From assembly GCA_903920005.1 (NCBI GenBank), contig CAIXKI010000158.1, positions 6,134 through 70,133 of the forward strand: a stretch of DNA of 64,000 bases, written 5' to 3'. The stretch's first letter is position 1. Every line of letters starts with the position of its first letter. This DNA is from an uncultured delta proteobacterium. Lineage in GTDB: Bacteria > Bdellovibrionota_C > UBA2361 > OMII01. Shown piece after piece: positions 18,804 to 27,700 of the stretch. The translations under genes and the position numbers were made by a program. The notes under the pieces are model-generated. The model worked only from the letters and a program-made list of their open reading frames with translations, made no database searches and had not been told where the DNA came from.

Positions 18804-20108
18804 TTATTTGAGTGTCTTCAAGTACTCAATAATATCTGCGACGTTCTCGTCTGTGAGCTTGCCCTCGTACATAGCGGGCATCACAGGTCCGTAACCTTCA
18901 ACGATCTTAGCTTGCGGCTTGTATATCGATTCCTTGATATAGGCTTCGTCAACAAGGATCTCAGAGCCATCGGACAACTTCTCTTTGCGTCCGTAGAGCC
19001 CCTTGAACGAAGGGCCAACCATCTTGGATCCGTCGATGCTGTGGCATGTAGCGCACAGGTTGCCGGAATCCTTGACGAGAGCCTCTCCGCGCTGAGCTGG
19101 ACTCATTCCCGCTGTGGACGCGGCGCTCTTCTTAGGAGCAGCCGGAGCGAGCTCCACCTTGGTCGTTCCATCGATCGTCTTCATGAACTCGATGAGTCCC
19201 GTGATGTCGTCGTCTGAGAGCTGACCTTGATAGCTCGGCATTCCCATTGGGGGATATCCCGCTACAGCTTTTGCTTGTGGGTAGAGAATCGATTCCTTTA
19301 TGTAATTCTCATCAGCCTTGTAAGTTGTTCCATCAGCAAGCTTTCCTTCCTTACCGAATATCTTCAGCCATGATGGACCAACTCGTGGGGTACCATCCAA
19401 GCTGTGGCAGGTCACGCACTGCTTGGAAACGTAGAGCTCTTTTCCGCGGTCCGATGGCTTGAGAGAAGCCAGCTTGCGAGCTTCGCTATCGTCAGCGAGC
19501 CAACGCTCGAACTCTGCGCGCGGAAGAACCTTCAGGCGAGTCTGCATCCGAGAGTGCTCATTTCCACAATACTCAGTACAGAAAACCTGAAAGTCGCCGG
19601 TCTTGATCGGGCGGAACCACTCGTGGGTATATCGCCCTGGAATAACGTCCATCTTCGTTCGCATGACCGGAACAAAGAACGAATGAAGAGTATCTTTTGA
19701 AGTCATAACGAGCTTCACGGGCTCATCAACTGGAACAACCAGCTCGCCGGTTGTCTTCTTGCCGTTCTTGTATGTGAAATCCCAAGCCCACTTTCGTCCG
19801 GTGACGTTCACCTCCATTGCGCCCGCTGGCGGGGTACGGAGGTCAACAAAGGCATCGTATCCAAGCCAAGCAACCCATATACACACAAGGGTTGGAAACA
19901 CGGTCCAAATGATCTCAAGGGTGTTATTTCCCTCGATCTTCGGCGTCTCATGGTCCTGTCCATCACGCTGACGGTAGATAACCGCGAAGTACAACATTAC
20001 TCCCACGATCGCCACCGTACAGATCACCGATATAATGGTGACTATGTCGTGTGCGAAATCGACTTTGTAGGCAAAGTCAGATCCTTGCTCTCCCAACAAT
20101 CCCAACAT
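18804..20108 (-). CDS. coxB: Cytochrome c oxidase subunit II with two C-terminal c-type heme domains
   Basis: CuA ligands HSF...CTEYCGNEHSRM, and two CxxCH motifs (CVTCH, CATCH) in duplicated domains. Confidence 0.93.
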   Translation of the reverse strand: MLGLLGEQGSDFAYKVDFAHDIVTIISVICTVAIVGVMLYFAVIYRQRDGQDHETPKIEGNNTLEIIWTVFPTLVCIWVAWLGYDAFVDLRTPPAGAMEVNVTGRKWAWDFTYKNGKKTTGELVVPVDEPVKLVMTSKDTLHSFFVPVMRTKMDVIPGRYTHEWFRPIKTGDFQVFCTEYCGNEHSRMQTRLKVLPRAEFERWLADDSEARKLASLKPSDRGKELYVSKQCVTCHSLDGTPRVGPSWLKIFGKEGKLADGTTYKADENYIKESILYPQAKAVAGYPPMGMPSYQGQLSDDDITGLIEFMKTIDGTTKVELAPAAPKKSAASTAGMSPAQRGEALVKDSGNLCATCHSIDGSKMVGPSFKGLYGRKEKLSDGSEILVDEAYIKESIYKPQAKIVEGYGPVMPAMYEGKLTDENVADIIEYLKTLK

Positions 20109-20156
20109 AACTGTCTCTACCGTTACTCCTAAAATTCAATTCGCCGAGCAATTCCC

Positions 20157-20966
20157 TTAGGAAATCGCTCCTCTACGCTTACGACCGAAGAAGAAATACA
20201 CTGCGCCTAAGCCGACCAGGGTAAGAACACCGCCAACTCGTATGAGCCCAACAACTGCCCACGTATATCTACCTTTCAGAGAATCAAATCGGAAGCAGTA
20301 GAGCAGAAAATGATCCATCGCCGACCCGATTCCTCCTTTCGAGGCTTCAATCAGCGACAGGCGCACGTCCCACGGCGGGAACATGATTCCGGTGAAATAT
20401 TGCGAGATATCACCCGCCGAGGTCAATATCATAACCGCTGCTGAATGCGCGAAATCCTCTCCATCTCTCATGAATTTAAATCCCAGCTCGGTCATCAGCG
20501 CTTTCACGCTCTCTGGAGATCCTACCAGATAGTGTATTCCTTCTACCCCACTCTTCGCTTCCCCCTCGAGTCGCGAGTTGAACTTATCCATCACCTTGCG
20601 AGCATCCTGAGGGGTCTCGCTCGGATCAAACCCAACAACCAATACGGTAAAATCCTTGGATGGCTTAAGGTGAAGTTCGTTTAAAAGATCGTACACCCCG
20701 TTCAAGAGGAGCCCGCAGAGCCTCGGACACTTGTAGTATACGGGCGCGATGAGAATAGGCTTGCCAGGGACCGCAAAGGCGCCGAGCCTCTTGGTAACCC
20801 CATTAACATCGGTAAACTCTCGATTTAAATCAACTTTTGTCCCAAGCTGGGTGAAGATACCAACCTCTTTATCAAGAACCTCTTCCGGCTTTTCAACGGC
20901 GAGGGCTCTGGACATGGCAACAAATAAGGTCGCTAGAACCAAAACTGTCCTTATATATGCTGCCAT
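20157..20966 (-). CDS. SCO family copper chaperone
   Basis: YYKCPRLC (CxxxC), FAHSA and C-terminal LLYCFRFD followed by a TM helix. First gene of the cox operon. Start probably ATG 20966. Confidence 0.88.
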   Translation of the reverse strand: MAAYIRTVLVLATLFVAMSRALAVEKPEEVLDKEVGIFTQLGTKVDLNREFTDVNGVTKRLGAFAVPGKPILIAPVYYKCPRLCGLLLNGVYDLLNELHLKPSKDFTVLVVGFDPSETPQDARKVMDKFNSRLEGEAKSGVEGIHYLVGSPESVKALMTELGFKFMRDGEDFAHSAAVMILTSAGDISQYFTGIMFPPWDVRLSLIEASKGGIGSAMDHFLLYCFRFDSLKGRYTWAVVGLIRVGGVLTLVGLGAVYFFFGRKRRGAIS

Positions 20967-21198
20967 TGCAGACGGTATTGTACGGCAAGCCTTCATAGAG
21001 ATCTGGATAATCGGTGAAATGTCGGATCTTTTCAACTTGAACGCTACCATCCTGCCACGAACACCCGTTAGCATCAAGAAGCGAACGTTTGACATACATA
21101 ACATTATTTAGTAGCGTTTGGCTTATAGTTGAGTAAAGTCTTCAAGTATTAGATCGGGCCCAACATTAGCTAGTGGGTCCTTCGGCAGGGGATACACG

Positions 21199-21612
21199 AT
21201 GGATATCTGGAAGAAGTTTGAAGAGAACAACATAACTCACAGCGCAGCGCACCACCTACTCGCGATTCTTGAGCTGAAGGAGAAGCGTGGATATGCCCGA
21301 GTCACTGACGTTGCTCGAGAGTTAAACATCACCACGGGCAGCGCTTCCATCAATCTTAAATCTCTTAAAGCTAAGAATCTCATCGTTGAGGACGATAACA
21401 AGTTTCTTGCATTGTCCGACGAGGGAGAGGCTGTCGCCCGCGCGGTGCTCATGCGCAAAAACATCCTCTACAGCTTCCTCGCCAACATCCTTAAAGTTAA
21501 ACCGGAGCAAGCTGAGATCGACTCTTGCAAAACGGAGCACCTTATCAGCGCAGAGACCGCTAAGAAGCTACAAGAGTTCATGGAGCGCTACGAAGAAACG
21601 AAGGGCGCGTAG
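21199..21612 (+). CDS. DtxR/MntR family metal-dependent transcriptional regulator
   Basis: GYARVTDVARELNIT..SAS wHTH and AEIDSCKTEHLIS dimerisation/metal motif. Confidence 0.88.
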   Translation: MDIWKKFEENNITHSAAHHLLAILELKEKRGYARVTDVARELNITTGSASINLKSLKAKNLIVEDDNKFLALSDEGEAVARAVLMRKNILYSFLANILKVKPEQAEIDSCKTEHLISAETAKKLQEFMERYEETKGA

Positions 21613-21672
21613 ATCAATGCTCCCGTAGCAACTCACTGCTCGTTTACCTATCCCACAGTAAGAGGAAAAATC

Positions 21673-22104
21673 ATGAAAGCTCAGCTTAAAGAAGCACTTA
21701 AAGTCGCAATGAAAGCTCAGGACAAGCTCCGCCTTGAGACAATTCGCTCCGCCCTTTCAGAGATTCAATACGAGGAGATGCAAAAATCAGTAAACGAACT
21801 CGGAGCTACCGAGAGTCTCCAGGTTGTTCAGCGTGAGGTTAAAAAGCGCCAAGAAGCAATCCAATTCGAAGAGCAAGCTGGTCGTGCTGAAGCTAAAGAG
21901 AAGCTCGTGAAGGAGATCGCTATCCTTGAGGAGTTCCTTCCAAGACAGATTTCGAGCGATGACCTTGAGAAGATCATCGTAACGCTCAAAGAGCAGACCC
22001 CTGGGCTCTCCCTCAACGTTGTAATGAAACACCTGAAAGACAGCTACGCTGGGCAATACGATGGAAAGAGCGCTAGCGAGATCGCCAAGAGAGTTCTGGG
22101 ATAA
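21673..22104 (+). CDS. GatB/YqeY domain protein
   Basis: LKEALKVAMKAQDK.RL..IR, REVKKRQEA and EIAILEEFLP.Q. Confidence 0.9.
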   Translation: MKAQLKEALKVAMKAQDKLRLETIRSALSEIQYEEMQKSVNELGATESLQVVQREVKKRQEAIQFEEQAGRAEAKEKLVKEIAILEEFLPRQISSDDLEKIIVTLKEQTPGLSLNVVMKHLKDSYAGQYDGKSASEIAKRVLG

Positions 22105-22110
22105 CAGCCT

Positions 22111-23487
22111 GTGACCGAGCGCTCTTTCATTTGGGAGAGTCCCCTGCCCCATTCCGCTGCTGACGTTTTCGCATGGCATACTCGCCCGGGAGCCTTCGAG
22201 AGACTCAATCCTCCGTGGCGCCCCGTATCGATCTCGTCAACTGACGCATCAATTAAAGATGGCGCGACGATAACTATTAAACTTCCGATTATTGGGCCTA
22301 TCGGAATCCCGTGGACTCTCAAGCACACCGACTACCGGGAGAACGAGCAGTTCTGTGACAAACAGATATCTGGCCCCTTCCGCTCTTGGAAACACACCCA
22401 CCGCTTCATACCAAGTAACAACTCATCGTGCGTCATGCGCGATGAGATCTCGTACGCTCTTCCTCTCCTCTCCGATGTTGTCGATCCGTTCGTGAGAACG
22501 GAGCTTACTCGGCTCTTTTCTTTCCGTCACACGCTCCTCGCCTCCGACTTGGCTCTGCACGCTCGCTTTGCAAGCGCGTCTCGAAAAACGGTTCTCATCA
22601 GCGGGTCCTCGGGCTTTATTGGCTCCGCACTCACAGCCTTTCTAGAAACGGCTGGGCATTCAGTTGTTCGTCTCGTCCGCAGAGCACCCCAAGGCGCTCA
22701 TGAGCGTACATGGAACCCCGCGCGCGGAGAGCTCTCACCGAGCGTATTTGAAGGCATCGACGCCGTTATTCACCTCGGAGGCGAGAACCTCTTAGCGAGG
22801 CGATGGACTCCAGAGTTCAAAGACGAGATCTTGAGAAGTCGCGTTCAAAGCACGGAGCTTTTGTGCAAAACGATCTCCGCCCTAGCGAAAAAACCTGAGG
22901 TCGTAATAACAGCGTCGGCCACCGGATTGTACGGAGACACCAAGACTGAACAGGTCGACGAGGAGAGCCCGGCCGGGACGGACTTCCTGGCGAACACATG
23001 TCGCGCTTGGGAGGATGCTTCGACAAAAACGCTGGCGAATGCCTGCAGACTTGTACATCTTCGGATCGGCACGGTGCTCAATCCTCGGGGTGGCGCTCTT
23101 GGAAAGATGCTCCTTCCCTTTAAACTCGGAGTCGGCGGAGCCCTCGGTAGTGGAAAGCAGTACCTAAGCTGGATATCTCTTCAGGATCTTCTAGGACTCT
23201 TTGAGTATGCATTGATGACTCCAACGCTTGAGGGAGCCTGTAACGCGACAACGCCCCATCCGATTACGAACAACGAGTTTTCGAAAGCCTTGGGAGCAGC
23301 GCTGCGCCGTCCGGCGATCATCCCTACCCCCGCACCCGTTCTTACGTTGGTTTTCGGGGAAGTAGCGGACGCCCTCCTCCTTTCAAGTAGTCGGGTCGTC
23401 TCGTCTGTCTTAGAGAAGCGCGGCTACGTATTCACAAATCCAACCATCGAATCCGCGCTGGCTTTTGAACTTGGGTTATTCTCTTAA
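22111..23487 (+). CDS. TIGR01777 family NAD-dependent epimerase-like protein with N-terminal SRPBCC domain
   Basis: N-terminal VFAWHTRPGAFERLNPPW...GPFRSWKHTHRF, then ISGSSGFIG, FLANTCRAWE and LGSGKQYLSWI. Confidence 0.88.
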   Translation: MTERSFIWESPLPHSAADVFAWHTRPGAFERLNPPWRPVSISSTDASIKDGATITIKLPIIGPIGIPWTLKHTDYRENEQFCDKQISGPFRSWKHTHRFIPSNNSSCVMRDEISYALPLLSDVVDPFVRTELTRLFSFRHTLLASDLALHARFASASRKTVLISGSSGFIGSALTAFLETAGHSVVRLVRRAPQGAHERTWNPARGELSPSVFEGIDAVIHLGGENLLARRWTPEFKDEILRSRVQSTELLCKTISALAKKPEVVITASATGLYGDTKTEQVDEESPAGTDFLANTCRAWEDASTKTLANACRLVHLRIGTVLNPRGGALGKMLLPFKLGVGGALGSGKQYLSWISLQDLLGLFEYALMTPTLEGACNATTPHPITNNEFSKALGAALRRPAIIPTPAPVLTLVFGEVADALLLSSSRVVSSVLEKRGYVFTNPTIESALAFELGLFS

Positions 23488-24699
23488 AGAGACGGTAACG
23501 AAGACGGATGGCCCCCGCATCTCCATCGTGACGCTTTTTGACTCGGAAAGCTTCATATTCATCGCGTGACCAGAGCTTCGATATTTTTTTTGAAGTAGCT
23601 CACGATATGCGGTTAAAAATTGCCTCGCGTCTTCTACGGTATCCCACTCGCTGAGCCAAACAACTTCGGAGCCGCCATCTTTCTCGCGAACCACAACAAC
23701 CCGGTCACCTCGCCATCCCCGAGACGCTTCAGACACCACGCGAGAGTCAGAAAGCTCCGTTCCTAAAACTGTCGCAATACCTAACTCTCCGAGAGTCTCA
23801 CTATAGACACCCTTACAAACGTCGCGACCATTAAGGACCTCCGCCTCTGTTGGAATGTCAAAAGGGGCAGTCCCTTTCATAAACTCATCAGGATGCAAGA
23901 TCTCTCTCGTAGACCTTGGGGCCTTCTGAAAGAGCCTCTCGCGGGCTTTTTGACCACCTTTTTTTTGAACCGCCCTAACAAACCTCAAGCCCTCTTCGTA
24001 GGGGAAAAGCAAAAGCTCCTGAAGAGCGTCGGGGAGAGCCGGCTGGTCCTTTTGAATCTCCGAATCCTCTATGGCATTTGGCGCCACCCTACCGGCGTCC
24101 CTATCTGATCGAAGCGCCTCCTGCATCACCAGGTTAGCATCGCCCTCAGCAACAGCAGCATGCGCGAGCGACTCATCTCCGTTCTCCATCCTCGGATCTA
24201 AGAATCGATTAAGGTCGTAGTACTGATCCTGAAGCGCGTGGGTTAATTCATGAACCGCGACAACTCGCTGCAGGGGGCGCGGAATTGATTGAACAACCAC
24301 AAAGTGTTTCTTATCAGGATCGTAGTATCCCCCTATCTGCCCCACGTACGCCTGGATTATTCCGTTTTGATACTCATAGTCGTCGGGTATCAATCCGACC
24401 GCCCGAAAGACTAACTCCTCCATCGCCAGCTTATGCGGAGGGTACTTTTTTCCGATCAGCTCTCTTAAGAATCGCTCCACGTCCTCTCGTGAGCGAACGA
24501 GGCAAGGTACCTCGCCTTTAGAGGGGAGTCCTCGGATACGACTTGCCTCCTTGAGCGCCTCTTGCGCGGTCGAGCAGGGGGACTCTTCCCCGTGGGCCGA
24601 ATCGACCATGAGACCACATAGGCATAGCGCCCCCAAGACAATCGCTGTGTTGCGTATGTGCGTCCAACTTTCCTTTGTTCTCGCCCGAAATACCGGCAT
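23476..24699 (-). CDS. Secreted hypothetical zincin-like protein (HExxH)
   Basis: Signal-like N-terminus, GYYDP, AVHELTHALQDQ, EGDA, FPYEEG and GWRGD. Confidence 0.7.
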   Translation of the reverse strand: MPVFRARTKESWTHIRNTAIVLGALCLCGLMVDSAHGEESPCSTAQEALKEASRIRGLPSKGEVPCLVRSREDVERFLRELIGKKYPPHKLAMEELVFRAVGLIPDDYEYQNGIIQAYVGQIGGYYDPDKKHFVVVQSIPRPLQRVVAVHELTHALQDQYYDLNRFLDPRMENGDESLAHAAVAEGDANLVMQEALRSDRDAGRVAPNAIEDSEIQKDQPALPDALQELLLFPYEEGLRFVRAVQKKGGQKARERLFQKAPRSTREILHPDEFMKGTAPFDIPTEAEVLNGRDVCKGVYSETLGELGIATVLGTELSDSRVVSEASRGWRGDRVVVVREKDGGSEVVWLSEWDTVEDARQFLTAYRELLQKKYRSSGHAMNMKLSESKSVTMEMRGPSVFVTVSLRE

Positions 24700-24750
24700 A
24701 AATACGTGCTACTCGTTGCTCCCGTTAAGTACCCACGATAGATTCGTTAT

Positions 24751-27700
24751 ATGTCGTCCCGTTCGCACCTTATTATAAAAAACGCGAGAGAGAACAACCT
24801 CAAGGAGGTTACGCTTGAGATCGAACACGACACCTTCGTTGGAATAACAGGCCTCTCGGGTTCCGGGAAATCATCCCTGGCGTTTGATACCATATACGCC
24901 GAAGGTCAGCGACGATATATCGAGACCTTCTCCCCCTACACTCGGCAATTCTTCGATAAGGTTAAACGTCCAAAAGTAGACACCTTTGAGAACGTGCGCC
25001 CAGCCATCGCCATTCAACAGCGGACACGAATCGTTAACTCCCGCTCAACGGTCGGGTCTATGACCGACATTAACGATTTTCTTAAAATAGTCTGGAGCAA
25101 TGTCGCCACTCCGGTATGCCCGACCTGTGGGCTAGAGCTACAACGATGGGACGCGTCAAAACTCGCCGAACGACTACAGTCATGGAGCTCCGTAAAGAGT
25201 GATGCCACTTTCCTTATCGGCGTCGCGGTTCAAAACGAGAAAGAGGTTCTTGAGCGCTTACAGATGCTCGGCTACTCACGATACTTTGACAAGAAAAATG
25301 GCGCCCTCGAAGACCTCGAAGAGAAGCCTCCTCTTAAGAAGAACAAGCAGGCCTCTATTATAATCGACCGAATCGCACCAAGCTCATTCTCACTCGTGCG
25401 CGTTAGAGAGTCTCTTGAACAGGCGTTCTCACTCGGCGGAGGAGCCGTTGAGATACTTGAAGTTCGGAAACGAAAAAGCCGCCCATGGCTACGAATACCC
25501 GTCACGGGCACCACCCAACCACCGCACGAGGGGTTTGAGGCCCATCTCTTCAAGAATACGTTTCATTGCGGAGATGGCGAGATCTCAATCGAGCGACCCC
25601 GACCATCCCTCTTCTCCTACAATCATCCAATAGGCGCGTGTCCCGAGTGTAACGGCTTTGGAAAAGTGCTCGTTATCGACCCGCACAAGTGTGTACCTGA
25701 TCACAGCAAAACTATCGCCAATCATGCCGTAGACTGCTGGCGTGGAAACGCTGCGTCAGGTGAGTTTAAGCGACTCCTCGCCTTTTGTAAGGAGCAAGGA
25801 ATCTCGACAACATCTCCATGGGCGTCGCTGACATCGGAGCAACAGGACCTTATCTTTAGCCACAAGTCTCGCGGCTATGTTGGCATCACTCCGTGGTTCA
25901 AATGGCTTGAGACCAAGAAATACAAGATGCACGTCCGCGTATTCCTCTCGCGCTACAGAGGACAGAACGATTGCGCCTCGTGCGGAGGGTCGCGACTTCG
26001 GTCTGACGCGCTGGCCTACAAGATAGATGGAAAAACCATCTCAGAGATCTCGTCTATGCCCCTAAAGGAGCTTGCGACATGGTTTAATGACCTTCAGCGA
26101 TCACTCCGTGAAAGCGATCGTCTTCCACGGCAGCTTGCCGAAGTTTTTAAAAATATCTTAAGCCGTCTTACATACTTGGTGTCGCTCGGACTCCCCTATC
26201 TCTCCCTCGATAGACAATCTCGGACCCTCTCGGGTGGCGAGACCCAACGAGTGAACCTAGTCTCCGCGGTAGGAAGCAACCTCATATCTACGCACTTTGT
26301 TCTCGATGAGCCTTCGGTAGGATTACACGCTCGAGATACGGAGGAGCTGATAAAGGCGCTGCGAGACCTCACCGATCGCGGTAACTCCCTTACGGTCGTA
26401 GAGCACGATCCTGACTGCCTTCAAGCGGCGGACACAATTCTTGAACTTGGGCCTGAGGCGGGAGAGCGGGGAGGAAATATAACCTACTACGGTCCGGTAG
26501 ACTCATGGCACGGTCTCGGAATGCGCCCGTTCAGAGCCGCTGACAACGAGCCCTCTTTCGCCAAAAAGATCTCCATTACAAACGCTCGAAATAGAAACCT
26601 TAAATCAATATCGGTTGATATCCCTCTCGAATCGTTTGTATGCCTCACGGGCGTGTCTGGTAGCGGAAAGAGCTCGCTCCTCACGGAGGTGATTCAAAAT
26701 GCGTATCAACTTCATACAGGTGTCGTGCCTGGCGAGAATACGCTCGACGCTAAGGTCACGGGCTTTGAGCACGTTCGGCAGGTGCTCCTGATCGACCAAA
26801 CCCCTCTCTCAAAAACTCCCCGCGCTAATATCGCTACCTATACGAAGATGTGGGACCGCGTTCGGGACCTGTTAGCGAAAACAGAAGACGCCGAAGAGCG
26901 AGGACTCTCCAAGTCGTCTTTCTCCTTCAATGTGCGGGGAGGGCGCTGCCCAACCTGCGAAGGCGCCGGATTTATCCGAGAAGACATGCAGTTCTTAAGC
27001 GATGTTTTCATCGAGTGTGAGTCGTGTCTCGGTATGCGGTTTCAAGCGACGGTTCTTGAATGTCGACTCAACGGGAAAAATGTCCACGAGATCCTCTCGA
27101 TGACCGTTGATGCCGCTGCGGAACTCTTTGAAAAGGACCTCTTGATTGGAAGCGTCTGTCGCGTCCTCTCTCAACTCGGATTAGGCCATATAACCCTTGG
27201 CCATCCGCTCAGCGATCTCTCTGGAGGAGAGGCGCAAAGACTTAAACTTGTCCCGCACATTATGGAGGGCGCTCGGGGCACCTCGCTCTTCCTCTTTGAC
27301 GAGCCAACGACGGGGCTTCACGTTCGAGATATCGAGCGGCTCATTGAGCTCTTCTGCTACCTTCGGGAACAGGGGCACTCGATTTTGTGCGTAGAGCATA
27401 ACCTTCGACTCGTTGCATCCGCCGATTGGATCATAGATCTCGGACCAGAAGGAGGCGACGGAGGGGGAGAGATCGTTAAAGTGGGCACCCCCACTCACTT
27501 CGTCGCGTCCCCGATCGGTTCTAATGGTCGCGAAAGTCTTACGGCACGATATCTTAAACAATTCGTAGACCAATATACCCAACGTTCAAAACCTCCGCGC
27601 GCGTCAGGTACCGCGAGAAAGAAGAAGCGAGTGCGCGAGATCGCCACCTCTATCCGTATTCAGGGAGCCAAGGAACACAACCTCAAAAATATAAACCTTG

